DNA of 60,000 nucleotides, taken from assembly GCF_018350175.1 (NCBI RefSeq), contig NC_058373.1, positions 111,044,001 through 111,104,000 on the forward strand, read 5' to 3'. A program made the position numbers and the translations under genes. Positions 35,251 to 48,369 of the stretch are shown piece after piece. The DNA comes from Felis catus (taxonomy: Eukaryota). The notes beneath the pieces are model-generated. The model saw only the letters and a list, made by a program, of their open reading frames with translations. It was not told the origin of the DNA and searched no databases. Position 1 is the first letter of the stretch. Each line of letters opens with the position of its first letter.

Positions 35251-37408
35251 CCCTAATATAAAAGATAGTTTCCCGCTTTGCTAGAACAAAATGCCTTGCT
35301 GACTTGAAAGAACACAGATCTGCTAGATCTTTTAGTCGTGTGACAAAATACTGCATAACGCATGCTCTTTACAAAGTCGACTGCTCTTCGTGTTTGCACC
35401 ATGTCTCCTGCTTGTGAATTTTTTTTTTTTTTCTTTTTACTAGTTGGTGAATTTCTGGTCTCTAAGATAAGTTTTTCCTTCCCCTTTTGATAGTAGAAGT
35501 CTCATTCACATTTTGGTTTTCAGAGTTGCTGAGAACTCTGCTAATGACAGCTGGCAGCTTCATGGTCAGTTTGCCAGTTCCTTAAGGTGTTAGTTGGAAA
35601 GCCTCTGGAGCAGAATGTTCTGTAATATGGAAGTGTCTCAGAGTCCAGAAAAGCCCAGCCCTGCTCCCCAGCATAGCCCCACGGCCAGTCAGATGCCACA
35701 TATCAGCTGAGGAAGGTTGGCATCGAGGAATGATTTAAAGGTGTCTGGTACATTCAGATCCCAGTTCACCAGACCTTAGGCTACAGGGTCTGGGGTGTTG
35801 CATTTGGCAGGATTCTATCTTAGGAACTGGGAAAGAGAATGGGTAACTAGGTGACTCTTATCCTTTTCATTTTTTTAAATGTGCTCTTAAGTTTTATATC
35901 AACTAAAACCTTTTGTTTTTGTGATACAGAGAACTTTCTGCACGCTAGTGCAGCCAACCTTTGTCAGGACATGAGTTTATTAGCTATTTGTTTCCAGGAA
36001 ATAGGATATGAATTGATGAAGGTTTGGAAAATATGTTAGGAACAAATTAATTTTCTCCATGAAAATTAATTGCTGTTGCAAATAGGCCACAGAACTGTCT
36101 TTCTTCTCTGATGATCAATTTCAGCTTCAGTCCTTGTGTTTCCTGTAGTAAAATTGCAGGTGCAGGTACAAGGGAATGAGTATTGTTTTTGAGACCCGGG
36201 AAAGCTTCAGGACCCCAGCAGCGAGTCAGCAGCATTTTTTATTGCCATCGCTGCCAGATAATGGAAGGTCTGAAATCAAGTAATCAGATATGATGTGGAA
36301 AAGCAATAGTAAACTTGTGTCCTAGTGGAGATTCACTAGACTCTGTTTGGCCCCTCTGGCTGCAGTAGATGAGAAAGAATAAGATGAAGGAGTCCAAGAA
36401 AAGAAGGCTGCCTGAGCACTAGGGCACAGATTTCCAACGTGTTCTCTTAAATGGAGGCTTGTCCTAACGGGAAGCCAGTGAGCCCAGCTGAGCTGTGGGG
36501 AGAGAGCGTGATGACCAGGGCTTTCCTGGGGCACCCCTTCCTGGTGAACTTCAGAGGACCTCGGATAAATAGGAGCTCCCTTGGTTTGACCTGAGGCAAA
36601 AATGTAACTTCTGGGCAACCTGATGCCATGCTTGGAGGCAACCCCTCAATAAACAGTTTCCCCCAGTGAGGAAACTGGAGCTTCTGTAGATTAGTGTGAA
36701 AAATTCCCCAAAAGCCTACAGGCCAGGATGCATTTTTACGATATGAGTCAGCAGTGCCGCAGTTTGCCACATTTGGCATGAGCGTGACAGAAGCCCACTT
36801 CTCTTTCGCTCTCCTAACCGTGGGGGCAGAATCCATGAAAAGCTGGTTTCTTGGTGGCGGTAGGAAGAAAAGTCAGAAGCCCCTGGGGCTTAGGGGCAAT
36901 GGGAGTGAGAAGACATCTCTTTAAATATTCTGGGTAAGCCTAGGTGGTGTCTCTAGACCAGGATGGTTAGCATAGAAAGAAGTAGTTGGGCACCACAGTT
37001 TGGGCAAAATTCAAAGCCTGGGGGAGACCCCAAAGGCAAGGAGAAGGGGCTGGTTCCACAGATCCAGGGTGGTAAACTGAGTGAAAAGTATGGGAAGAAT
37101 TTGGTCAAGAAGTATGAGACTTAATCCCAATCCCATGAAAGTCTATTTGTTTCTGCTTGACTTACATCCCTTGCTTTATGGTTAGACAGGTGCTTAAATA
37201 CAAAACTCAGAAAGATGGGCATTCAAAATAGGGCAGAGAGGCCCTTTTCAAAGGTTAATTATATTCAATATGTGTTCAGGAAGTGGGAGGAGAGGTTTTT
37301 TTCCCTTTTGAGGAGGGGGGGGGATGTTGGAAAAGGCATAGACTCTGGTGGAGTCTGGTGTTTTGAAATGAATGTTCTCTGACTTTGTTTTTCCCTTTGT
37401 ATACCTAG

Positions 37409-37555
37409 CGTGTGTCAGTTCCTGGAGCTGTGTCAAAGTCCAGAAGGTGGCTTTGGAGGGGGCCCTGGCCAGTACCCACACCTTGCACCCACGTATGCAG
37501 CAGTCAATGCACTATGCATCATTGGCACCGAGGAAGCCTATGACGTCATTAACAG
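37409..37555 (+). CDS. FNTB: FNTB coding exon 5 (VCQFLELCQSPEGGFGGGPGQYPHLAPTYAAVNALCIIGTEEAYDVINR)
   Basis: acctag|CGTG...AACAG|gtacag; 147 nt; prenyltransferase repeat motif GGFGG. Confidence 0.97.
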
Positions 37556-37656
37556 GTACAGCCAAAGCCAGCAGTGCCGGACCCCCAAAGGGTCCCCGCC
37601 TGCTGCTGCTGCACTGACCATTGCTGTCTCCTCCCTCTCCCCTATTTGTGTCTCAG

Positions 37657-37740
37657 AGAGAAGCTTCTTCAGTATTTGTACTCGTTGAAGCAACCTGATG
37701 GCTCTTTTCTCATGCACGTTGGAGGTGAGGTGGATGTGAG
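37657..37740 (+). CDS. FNTB: FNTB coding exon 6 (EKLLQYLYSLKQPDGSFLMHVGGEVDVR)
   Basis: tctcag|AGAGAAG...GTGAG|gtgagt; 84 nt; follows a 101-nt intron. Confidence 0.97.
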
Positions 37741-38597
37741 GTGAGTGGGGTTTTCCTCAGGCCACTGTGTCAGTAGATTCTAGATCTTCTCTGTCATTAG
37801 AGATGCCAAACCCAAGGAACAACATGGAAAAGCTGCTGCTTTGTCTCACAGAATGACATAGAATGGCGTGTCAGTGACACAGCTCATAATCATTGCAAAC
37901 ATGACACAGATGTCCTCAGGTGTCACTGTCACTTGACCTCTTTTATGTAAGTGTCAGAATATAAGCAAGACAGGAACAAAATCAAATGCTTTTATTTTAA
38001 AAATCAAAAACATATTTGGTTGTTATAAAATGACATACCATACATAATATATAATAACGGTATAGTGTAATACAACCTTTCACCTCTCTGGGATAGGAAG
38101 GAAGAAGGAAGCCCAGCAGGAACTTAGTAAATATTTTCTGAATGAATTTGATGAACTCGGGAGAATGTTTATCACCTGAATGAGAATTGCTTTGGGAGGT
38201 GCAAAAATTTTGGGGGGCCAGTAGAGTGCAGCGAAATAGAGTTTCAGTAACTGATTGGAACCGGTTGGCCCAAAATTATTATTTTACTCTAGAATTGTCC
38301 AACATACCCCACAAGAAGCTCACTCATCTGGTGGGAGATTGCTGAAGCATATACGAAATTCACTGAGTCATTTCTCAAAGGCAGTGGATCACTGAGGTTT
38401 TATACCAAATCCTTAGAGAAATATGTGTTTTTGAGCTTTCTATAGCAAAGCCATCTTATTGCCTTATTTGTAAATGTGTTTAGCTTCTACACAAGTTGAT
38501 TAATTTTCTGGGTTAACCATTGGTTCGAAAGTAAAGGGGGAGAAAAAAACATGTAATGTGTCTATTTGAACCTAAAATAAGTTCTTCACTGGAAAAA

Positions 38598-39452
38598 CTG
38601 TTTCTTACAACACTTCCAACACCAAACAGGTGCTTTTTCCCTCATGTTAAATAATTCTAACATGAACTAACTAGATTTAACTCAAATTCCACAGGTTAAG
38701 GGCTCAGTCCCACAAGATCACCCCCACTTCAAATGCCAGTCACAAGTAGTGTGTCCCCAGGTTACCCACACTTCTGTCTGACTTAGCTGCAAATCAGAGG
38801 TTCCCATGACCCCCTCTTCAGGTTCAATAATTTGCTAGGATGGCTCACAGTATGCAAGGAAGCACTTTACTTACTGGTTTATTACAAAGGATATTATAGA
38901 GGATACAAACGAACAGCCAGTTGAAGAGGTATATAGGGCAAGGTCGAGAAGGGTCCAAAGCGCAGGAACTTCTGTACCCGTGAGGTTGGGGTATGCCACC
39001 CTCCTGGCAGGTACATGGATGCATTCACCAACCTGGAAGCTTCCCCAAATACCTGCATTTACGGTTTTTATGGGAGTTTCATTGTGTAGACATGATTGAT
39101 GAAATCATTGGCCATTGGTGATTAACTCAATCTGCAGCCCCTCTCGTCAGGGGGGCGATGATGCTGAAAGTTCCAACCCTCTGATGATGTGGTCAGTTCC
39201 TTTGGCAGGCAGTCCATCTTCCAGGAATCACCTCATTAGCATAACTCAGGTGTGCTTGACCAGGCACAGAGCCCGACGCGGGGCTCGAACCCACGAACCG
39301 TGAGGTTATGACCTGAGCCAAAGTCAGATGCTCAGCCAACTGAGCCACCCAGATGCAGTTATTATGAATAACTAAAGACTCTCTTATCACCCCTGTCACT
39401 CAGGAAATTCCAAGGGTTTTAGGAGCTTTGTTCCAGGAATCTGGGAGAAAAC
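38598..39452. mobile_element. MER34/MER39-like ERV1 LTR containing a half Can-SINE (about 39262-39352)
   Basis: ccacaggttaagggctcagtcccacaaga..gttcccatgaccccctcttcaggttc..tcactcaggaaattccaagggttttaggagct. Confidence 0.75.
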
Positions 39453-39457
39453 CAGTA

Positions 39458-39696
39458 TAGTAAAACCTTGCTTTGAGAGCATAATTCATTCCAGAAACAT
39501 GCTTGTAATCCAAAGCATTTGTATATCAAAGTGAATTTCAAGAACCATTGGCTCAGTTGTGAACCTGTGACATCTGGCGTCACGTACTACTTGTATTGCA
39601 AGACATCCCTCGTTTATCAAGTTAAAATTTATTACACGTTTGCTCGTCTTGCGGAACACTCGCAGAAGAAGTTGCTCGCAATCCAAGGTTTTACTG
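39458..39696. mobile_element. Tigger-type (Tc1/mariner) MITE
   Basis: Terminal inverted repeats tagtaaaaccttgctttgagagca and tgctcgcaatccaaggttttactg; TA immediately 5'. Confidence 0.85.
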
Positions 39697-40164
39697 TGTA
39701 TGTTTCTTATTATATCATAATATCCCAGTATCTGTTGTAAAAACAAACTGAAGCATATTTTTTTAAATGTAAGAGTTTGAGCAAAATCTGTTCTAATCAG
39801 GCAGCATGTAATCTAGCAGATAGAAATGTACTCTGCGGACCTATACAAAACGAGAGATTTTTATAGGCAGAAAGGAGTGCGAAAAGGAAGTTATACTAGC
39901 AAAAAAAGTGGGTCAGTCATTGCAAGGTTACTTTCCTTTAGGAGACAGCAGGGTTCTGTCAGGCCAGTGACCTAAGTAGTGCTCATCAGGTGATTCCTGA
40001 TTGGCTGGTTTAAGATTTCATTTCTGGAGAGCTGAAACTGATTAAGATGTGGAGTTCAGCATAAGTGACTCCCTTTGGGACCTGTTGTCTTGTGTTTTTA
40101 AACCCTGAAAATGCCAACAAAGCCAATATAACTAATGAAGAAAAACAGTATTCAGTTGACTCTT

Positions 40165-40194
40165 TTTTAAAAATTTTTTAATGTTTATTTTATT

Positions 40195-40228
<34 letters not shown>

Positions 40229-40396
40229 TGTGAGCAGGGAAGGGGCAGAGAGAGAGAGGAGACACAGACTTGGAAGCAGGCCCCAGGCTCCCAGCTGTCA
40301 GCACAGAGCCTGACACAGGTCTCGAACCCATGAACCGTGAGATCATGACCTGAGCCAAAGTCAGATGCTCAGCCAACTGAGCCACCCAGGCACCCC
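40165..40396 (-). mobile_element. Can-SINE
   Basis: Full body; TSD ending ttgactctt. Confidence 0.92.
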
Positions 40397-42369
40397 TTGA
40401 ATTGACTCTTCTTAAGGAAAAAGCTAAAAGTTGTCTCACCCCCGCAACCAAAAGACACTACATTTTCATTTCTGTTCTACAGATGGTACAACTGAGTGTG
40501 TGTGCACAGTCTCGAAATTTAGCTTTTTTAAAATTTCTGAAATTATTAGGCAAAAGCAAGATTGCTTTGGCATTATATCACATACCTTTTCAGATACAAT
40601 TATTTTTTAATTTCATTGTTCTAGCTCCAGTTTTCTCTGTGTTCTTATTTATATCTGCTAGACAAATGCTCGGAAACTTCTCCACTAGAATCGATCTGTG
40701 CCACCAAGGAACCCTGTACCTACGCTCTTCCAGTAATATGCTCTGTTCCAGCCATGCTCTCCACTTGCATAGACTCAGAGATGTGAACGCTTCCGTGCTT
40801 TGCTTGGTTTCTAGTACCCCAATTCCCATCATTTCTTGCTTGTTATTTAATTGTCCTTTGCCTAAAAGTGTCAGCCAGGACTCCAGAGTGCTTGTTGAGT
40901 GGGTTTGACTTGGAGAGAAGTAGCAGTGATGGGCATCTGGAGGCTAGCATGTCTTATCCTGGCTTAGACAGAGGAGTCTCTTGATCTTTCCTGTCTGTCA
41001 CAGCTCCTAATAAGTGTCTGGGATGAGCTTATTCAAGTGTTTATGGCACTGGAGGGCTGCCGATAATCAGATTGTAGTGAACTCCTAGCAAGTACGATTT
41101 TTTCCCGGTTCTTAAGAAAGGAGTAATTATTTATTACTCCCCTCCTAATCCAGGTTTTATAACTTGGAACATTCTTTGAGGATAGTAGGGAGACAGGGAC
41201 CCAGCATTTGCAGAAGTTGAGGTGACAGGGAGTGTGTTCAAGAGTGTGTTCGAGAAAGCAGTTTAGTGTTGCTGAAGTGCAGAGGGCATGGGGGGCAGTA
41301 GAAGTGAGTCTGGAAGAACAGGCTGGGACCAGACTGAGGGGTCCTGGGATCTCCTTAAGAGCTAGGGAGTTTATTTTAAGAGCAGTGGAAAGCCACGGAC
41401 TAGGTTTAAGTAGGGAGTGACTTGATCTGGTTTGTATTTTATGACAACTTCTCCAGTTGCAGTGAAGAGATTGTGGTGTTTTAGTAAAAGTCCTCCAGTT
41501 TCAGGGCTGGATGGAGAAAGACCAGGCAGGAGATTGACCCAGGTAATGGTGACTTGGATTTGGGGGACAGCAGAGCATATGGAGAGGAGTGGACAAATTT
41601 GAGAGATGTGATGAGCAGATGGGTGGAGAGAGGAAGAAACTGCATGAAAAAGGTGTGTTTGTTCCCTCCCCTTTTCAGTGGGGGACTTGTGGCTGCTGGC
41701 TTCACATCTCAGTTCTTCCCTTTGTGAGAAGCAAACTACTTTGTTGGCCACCTCCCTACCTCAGAGGGTCCATTAGGGGTCAGGAGCAAATGCTGTGAAA
41801 CCCCTCTGGGAGGCTGAAATGCTGAAAGAAATTAGCTCAGGCCTCTGAAGTTAGCTTATGGCAGATGAGAACGTTTGGCATGGGGGACTCTGGTGTGCTT
41901 CTGAGGCCTGCCGGGGTAACTCAGCCTCTGCTGTGCTGTGGCCAGCATGAGCGGGCTGATAAAGATGTTAGTCGCACAATAGTGCTTGCAGCTTCTGCAG
42001 AGATTTCTTTTTGGAATACCTCTGTAAGTTCAGCTTAGGAGCGTGTCCATACTGAACAATAACGGACATTAGACCCTTCTCTTTCCTTCCTTTTGCATTC
42101 CTTAGGAGCCCTTAGAAACAGGATCTGTATGCAGAATTAAAACAAACAGTTGTCTTCAGTGTAAAATGGAGCTGAGATGCTGGACATTGGAAAAGGGCAT
42201 AGAAGGGAGGAAAAGACAGTTTGTAGCTATATTCGATAGTAGAGGGAGAAGCTGAAATAAGATGTGTCCTGGGAAGAATTAGGGCTGGCAGGGCAGAGTG
42301 GCAAGAATTATTCCAAATCAAGTAGGATAACATTAAAAAAAAAAAAAAAAAAGATGTTCTCTTTCTTTT

Positions 42370-42626
42370 TCTTTTTAATTTATTTATTTATTTATTTATG
42401 TTTATTTATTAAACATAATGTACATTTATTTATTATTGAGAGACAGAGAGAGACAGACCGTGAGCAGGGGAGGGGCAGAGAGAGAGAGGGAGACACAGAA
42501 TCTGAAACAGCTCCAGGCTCCGAGCTGTCAGCACAGAGCCTGATGCGGGGCTCGAACTCACGAACCGTGAGATCATGACCTGAGCCGAAGTTGGACGCTT
42601 AACCGACGGAGCCACCCAGGCGCCCC
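42370..42626 (-). mobile_element. Can-SINE
   Basis: Full body with composite T-rich tail. Confidence 0.92.
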
Positions 42627-43232
42627 TCTTTCTTTTTCATTTAAAAATGTGTGTGTGTGTCTGTACTGGTGTCTGTACTGCTTGAAATCAAAGCGCTTCT
42701 CTCCCTTTAAAGGCCTAAGGAAAGTATCTGAGTGGACTCATCTGTTTCTGGCCATTAGGGTTTGGTGCCCTGCTTTGGAGTGTCTGTTGCAGAAAAAATA
42801 TATAGTTAACCTTTAATGTGTCCACGCTATAAACAGAAATCCTGGATCCAAAACATGACTGACATCTCAATAAATGAGCGTATCAGAAATACTTGAATGA
42901 CACCGTGGAAGTTTGGGAACCATTGGAGGTCTTTGAAAGAGCTAAATTCACTTTGGCTACTATTTCCTCTGATGTAGATTTGACCATGTGGAGGTAGGGA
43001 GACTAGAATGTCATGTTCTTTCACTGAAGCCACGCTGTGAGCAGCCCTATCCAAATAGAATGTCACACCTCTCAGTTGGAGACCCAGGAGGACTGACCGT
43101 GTGCCAAGAGTGAGGACAGGAGGTGGTTACAGTTTACCAAGCAGAGGGCAACCCGCCTGAGAAGCTCCGTGAACCTTATTTCATCCCTTTCTTAAAGCCT
43201 CACGTTTTCCCCGTGTGTTTCCATCCTAACAG

Positions 43233-43319
43233 AAGTGCATACTGTGCTGCTTCCGTGGCTTCTCTGACCAACATCATCACCCCAGATCTCTTTGAGGGCA
43301 CCGCCGAATGGATAGCGAG
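43233..43319 (+). CDS. FNTB: FNTB coding exon 7 (SAYCAASVASLTNIITPDLFEGTAEWIAR)
   Basis: ctaacag|AAGTGCA...GCGAG|gtgaga; 87 nt. Confidence 0.97.
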
Positions 43320-43599
43320 GTGAGAGATGCTGGGGTCTGTCCTGGCCTCTTAGAAAGCAGGTGATCAAGATTCTGAAAAAGTAAAGAAAGTGGAAAAAGG
43401 AATGGAAGGGAATATAAAATGACAGGAGATGGATTAGGGTTGTAGGATTGTGCATTTCAAACATACAGTAAAAGTTTCCTTTTTTCCGAACTTTCTTCAG
43501 TGTTGTGTAATTGTATGGATTGGCAAGGCTCAAAACCTTGGGCGAGCAGTATTTGTGGGCATCTGAGTGGATTTAACCAGTTTGGGGAGGATTTTGGTA

Positions 43600-44493
43600 A
43601 TAAGATGCCCTTGCTGATGCCCCAGCAATCCCACTTCTACAGAAACTCACACATATGCGTGAAAGACACAAACATATGACGTGGTTGTAATAGCAGAAAC
43701 CCAGGAACTGGTTAAATGTTCATAAGCACGAGATGGAGAAGTAAAGTGTGGTAGGGTCACATGGCAGTATAAATTGGTTAAAATGAACAAACCAGAGCTA
43801 CATGCATCAATGTGGATAAATCCCCAAAATAACACTGAGTTAAAATAAAGGATGTTAAAACATGCGGATTAGCACATTTATTTAAAATTTGAAAACATGC
43901 ACAATAATTCTGTATTGTTTATGGAAAGAATCACATGTGGTAATATAAAAACATGCCTGGGAAGAATAAACACCAAATTCAGGATGGCGGTTACTTCTGG
44001 GGGGAGAGCAGAGGACATGAAATCAAGAGAAGTTTACACATCTCCGCAGGAGACTTCAGCTGTATCTGTAATGGTTTATTTCTTTAAAATAAAAGAAAGA
44101 CTTGAAGCACATATGGCTAAGTTAAAGCTAGGTGTTAGATGCATGGATGTTCTATATATTTGCTAGACTTTCCTAGATGCTTCAAATATTTTATAATTTA
44201 AAAGCAAGTAAAGAAAATGTATAGTAGATACCTATGTACTTGATATCCAGGCTGTATTATTTTGCTTTTTACACGTTTATTCTTATCAAAGTAGTACCTA
44301 TTACTGTGAAAATATAGTTTGCAGGTAAATCAGATGGTAAATTATCAGATTTACTGTCTTACATAATTTTTATTTTCCTAGAATTAATCATTACCTCTTT
44401 TTTTTTAAATGTATAGATCATGGACTTATTCCCAGATTTTCTGCCAGAGCTATAAAGTTACTTTCAATACAAACACTTTCGGTGATGTATCAG

Positions 44494-44546
<53 letters not shown>

Positions 44547-47400
44547 CTGAGTTATCCTTCCTGGAGCCCCCTGCTCTCCTGCTTCAGTCTGGACAGATTG
44601 CTCTCAGCTTGCTGCACAGCAGGCATCCAGAAGCTTCCTTTCAGCATGAAATTCACTTCACTTCTCTCCTTTGTTGAAGCCCCTGTCCTCTTTTTTCTTG
44701 GCTTACTTACTCATTTTAATGAAGCACATACTCTAGTAGATTCCAAAAGAGAGCACTTGGGAGATGAATTTTTAAGATTATGCATTATTTTAAGATTAAG
44801 ATTATTTATTCTACTCTCACACTTGATTGATAGTTTATTTGGTGAGAGATTTCTAAATTGGAAACTGTATAAATTGACATCCTTCAGAATTTTTTAGCGT
44901 TGCTCCATTATCTTCTGGCTTCCAGTGTCATTGTTAAAAAGGCTGATAATACTAATAACCAACATCTGCTGAAGACCTGATATGTAATACTCACTAGTAA
45001 GGTAGTAGAGATTGGTAAGGTAGTTTAGAGATTGAGAGTATAGGCTTTTGAGCTAACCTGCCTGGATTTGTTTCTTTTTTATGCTTTCTGTTTCTCAGTT
45101 AAGATTTCGCGTCTTTTTATTCTTTATAAGTATATATATATTTTTTCCTACTTCCCTGAGGTAAATATATAGTTATAACATCCGCTTTAAAATTCTTGTG
45201 TGGTAATTTCAGCATCTGGGTATCTTGGAGTTGGCATGTCCCATTTCCCTGATTATGCATATGTCAAGTAATTTTAGGGTTGTGTTTTGGACATTATGAT
45301 GTTACATTATAGAGACTGGATTCTGTTAGATTGCTCTAAAGAGTGTTGTTTTTGTTTAAGCAGGCAATCAACTTGGTTAGATGCAAACTGTGAATTGTCA
45401 CACCTGCACTGGGCTGTGGTTCAGCTCTTTGATCAGTTCTTGGGTCAGAAGCTGCCCTCATTTTGCCCAGCACCTGTGTGATTGGGAGTCATGTAGAAAC
45501 TTCACTGAAGTTTAAACATGGAATTAGGAGTTTTCCTTCTCTGGCTCTTTCTGGTACTCCTCCTTAGTTTCTTTCAGCCTGGTTCTTCTTATCAGAAAAA
45601 TGGTGGGCTTTCCATTCGTTTCGGCTGCCTTCCACTGACCCCTCTGACCTGCTGCTGCCACCACTGGGGCCTACAGCCATCCTCAGGGCAAACTGGGAAG
45701 AAAAAAATAGGGGAGGGGAGGGGAGGGGAGGGGAGGGAAGAGACTGCCTGCCTGCTGTTGTCTGCTCCAACTTTTAAACCCCCACCAGAATCTGCCTGCC
45801 TTTTGCCAGTCTGCTGAGCCCTCAGGAATTGTTTCTGTGTATTGTGTCCAGAGCATGTAGCTGTTATTTGCAGGAGGAGAAAACTCTGGGTTTGAATCCC
45901 AGCCTCGTGATTTACTAGCTTTGTGCCTTGGACAAATTATTTCACTTCTCCATGTCATGGTTTCCTTAAATGTCAAATGGCGGGATATTGAATTTGATAT
46001 TAAGCTGAATTACAAGAAATTTAGGTGACCAAAATCTGTTATGGTAGCCACTGTGCTTTACTGCCTCCCAGTGCCATTGTGTTCCCAATCCGTTGTATGT
46101 TTTTGTTTTGTTTCTCTTTTTCTCTTTCCCACCTTATCCCCCTCCCTAGAAGTTGTTGGAATCTGTATTCTTGAAGTTTGGAAACTTCAGGCTGATGAAC
46201 CATGATACGGATTTTTTTTTTTCTTCATTTTTTGGGTACTCAGTATGTATCTTCAATCTGGAATTGCAAATACTTTAGTTCCAGAATCTTTATTATACAA
46301 TATGATTTCTTTGATAATTTCTTTCCCTCTATTTTCAGTGTTTGCTCATTTTATAACCTCCTAGCAGTAGGATTAGTCTTCTAATTTTTCACAATTTTTT
46401 GCCTATTTTTTAACCCTTAATCTTTCTTACTGTACTTTCTGGGAGAGTCCCTTACCTTTTATTTTCTAATCCTTCTGTTGAGTTTTTATTTCTGCCATTC
46501 TATTTTAAAATTTCCAGAGCTTATTTTATCCTCGTTTATAAAAGAAATACTTCTTTTTTACATACTTTCCTGTTCTTGTTTCAGGCACATTTTATTCTTA
46601 AAGTGTTTTTATTTCATATAATATTTTATCTAAAGATACAATTTTAAAAAGTTTCCTTCTGTTCCCTACGTTATTTCTCCAACGTATTTTTGCTCATCTG
46701 TTTTGGTCTCTCTCTTCCATATTAGAGACTTTGTTGAAATGTCTCATATTCATATTTGGAAGCCAAGGGCTAAAAAGCTGATGGGGAGCTACATGTGCCA
46801 GAGTAGGCTAGGTTCAGCCTTTCACCCCATTGGGTTTTTCTCTTGGGCTTATCAGCTTCCCTTGAAAAGGATCTTCCAGATTTCTGGTTGGGGTATGAGG
46901 TTGGCAGCCAGCTTTGTAAACTAGTAGGAGGAAAAGGGGTAGGGGGTGTTTGTGCTCAGATTATAGATTCTCACTTAATCCCCTGCTCAGTGTGGTGCCT
47001 CCTTCCTGCTCTGCTGTGCTGGACATCCTGGAGTTCAGATCCTCTTGATTAAACTCCTGAAACTTCCTGTCCTCTGCTGCATACCCAGAGGTCTCATTGA
47101 TTCCTATATACATTTGCAACCAATTAACTTGTTTCCAACTCATCCCACTTCTTGAGGCATCGTGGTGCCTCTAGTTCCTGGGCCTTGCACTGGAGCATGT
47201 CGTCTTGCTTTCTGTTGCCTCCTATCCCCGGGCTGGTTTAGGTTTCTCTAATATGTTAAGTCCGTTAGTTCTTATCTTTCCCCTTTTCTGGCTTTCGAAA
47301 TTTTGTTATTTCCTGTCTGTATTCATATCTTCTCCTATGCTCTTTACCCTTGTGGGTTTATCCCTTTTTAAATTCTTTTCATTTTATTGGGCTTGTGCTC
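43600..47400. mobile_element. Mosaic of ancient L1M fragments and a MIR, with a (TG)n microsatellite at about 44497-44544
   Basis: ccagcaatcccacttcta, ctacatgcatcaatgtggataaatc, gttacttctgggg; T-rich antisense L1-like blocks after 44550. Confidence 0.6.
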
Positions 47401-48369
47401 AGTCTGTTAGGGTTAGCTAGAAGACATTCCCAAAGAATTTTACTAAAATTACTAATTTACAATTATTAAAATTGCTCCCACGTATAAAAGGGAGGGAAAG
47501 CGGAACGTAAATCGTGCGTGTATGCGTGTGTGCATGTGTGCGTGTGTGTGTGGAGAGAGAGAGAGAGGAGGAGACAAACTGACAGTGGTCACTGCTGGTG
47601 AGAGGGACTAGGAAGCCAGCTTGGGCAGGAGATTTACTTTTCATTATTTACTTGTTAACACTATCTGTTTGGTTTTTTTATTCAAAAAAATTTTTTAAAG
47701 GTAAGTTCAGAAAAGTTAAGAAAAAGGAAAATGTTAAGAGGTGCCCATCAGACTTTTCAAACTTGACTCTTCCTCTGCTCCACATAGCCAAATGTGTTGG
47801 AAGGAAAACTCGCCACTTAAGCAGCAGCAGGGTCACGGGGTGGAGGTGCTAAAGAATCTGTACAGGGGGTGGTAGCCAGTTTTTGACTTGGCGCCCTGCT
47901 CTGTGATGTCCCTGGGCCTGCGGACTGCTCTGAAAAAGGCCTGTGAGTTCCCAAGATGCAAGGCCTCCAGGGAGAGGTGCCTGAAAGACACGCGGTATCA
48001 TTGCTTGTTTTCTCTGCCATCCGGAGGTTCTGCCGGCTCTCGGATCATGTGCCCATCCACCTGTGCACCTATACCGCGGTTGGGATTGTGAGGCAGACAC
48101 GCCTGTAGAGTGTGTACATATTCGGAGGTCATCAGAAGTAAAGTCCTACACTGTCATATGAATATATACTAAGAAAAAATGTCTTTATTACACAGAAAAG
48201 CATATTTCTTAAAGATGAGCAGAAAGAAGAAAATCTAAGCCACTTGTAATCCACCATCAACCACTCTTTTGGTGTATGTCTTTCTAGAATTCCGGGAAAA
48301 TTATACAGTACCTTACCATTTTGTAACTTTTTTTGATTTGGAACATCTTTAAATATCCTTCGTAGCATT

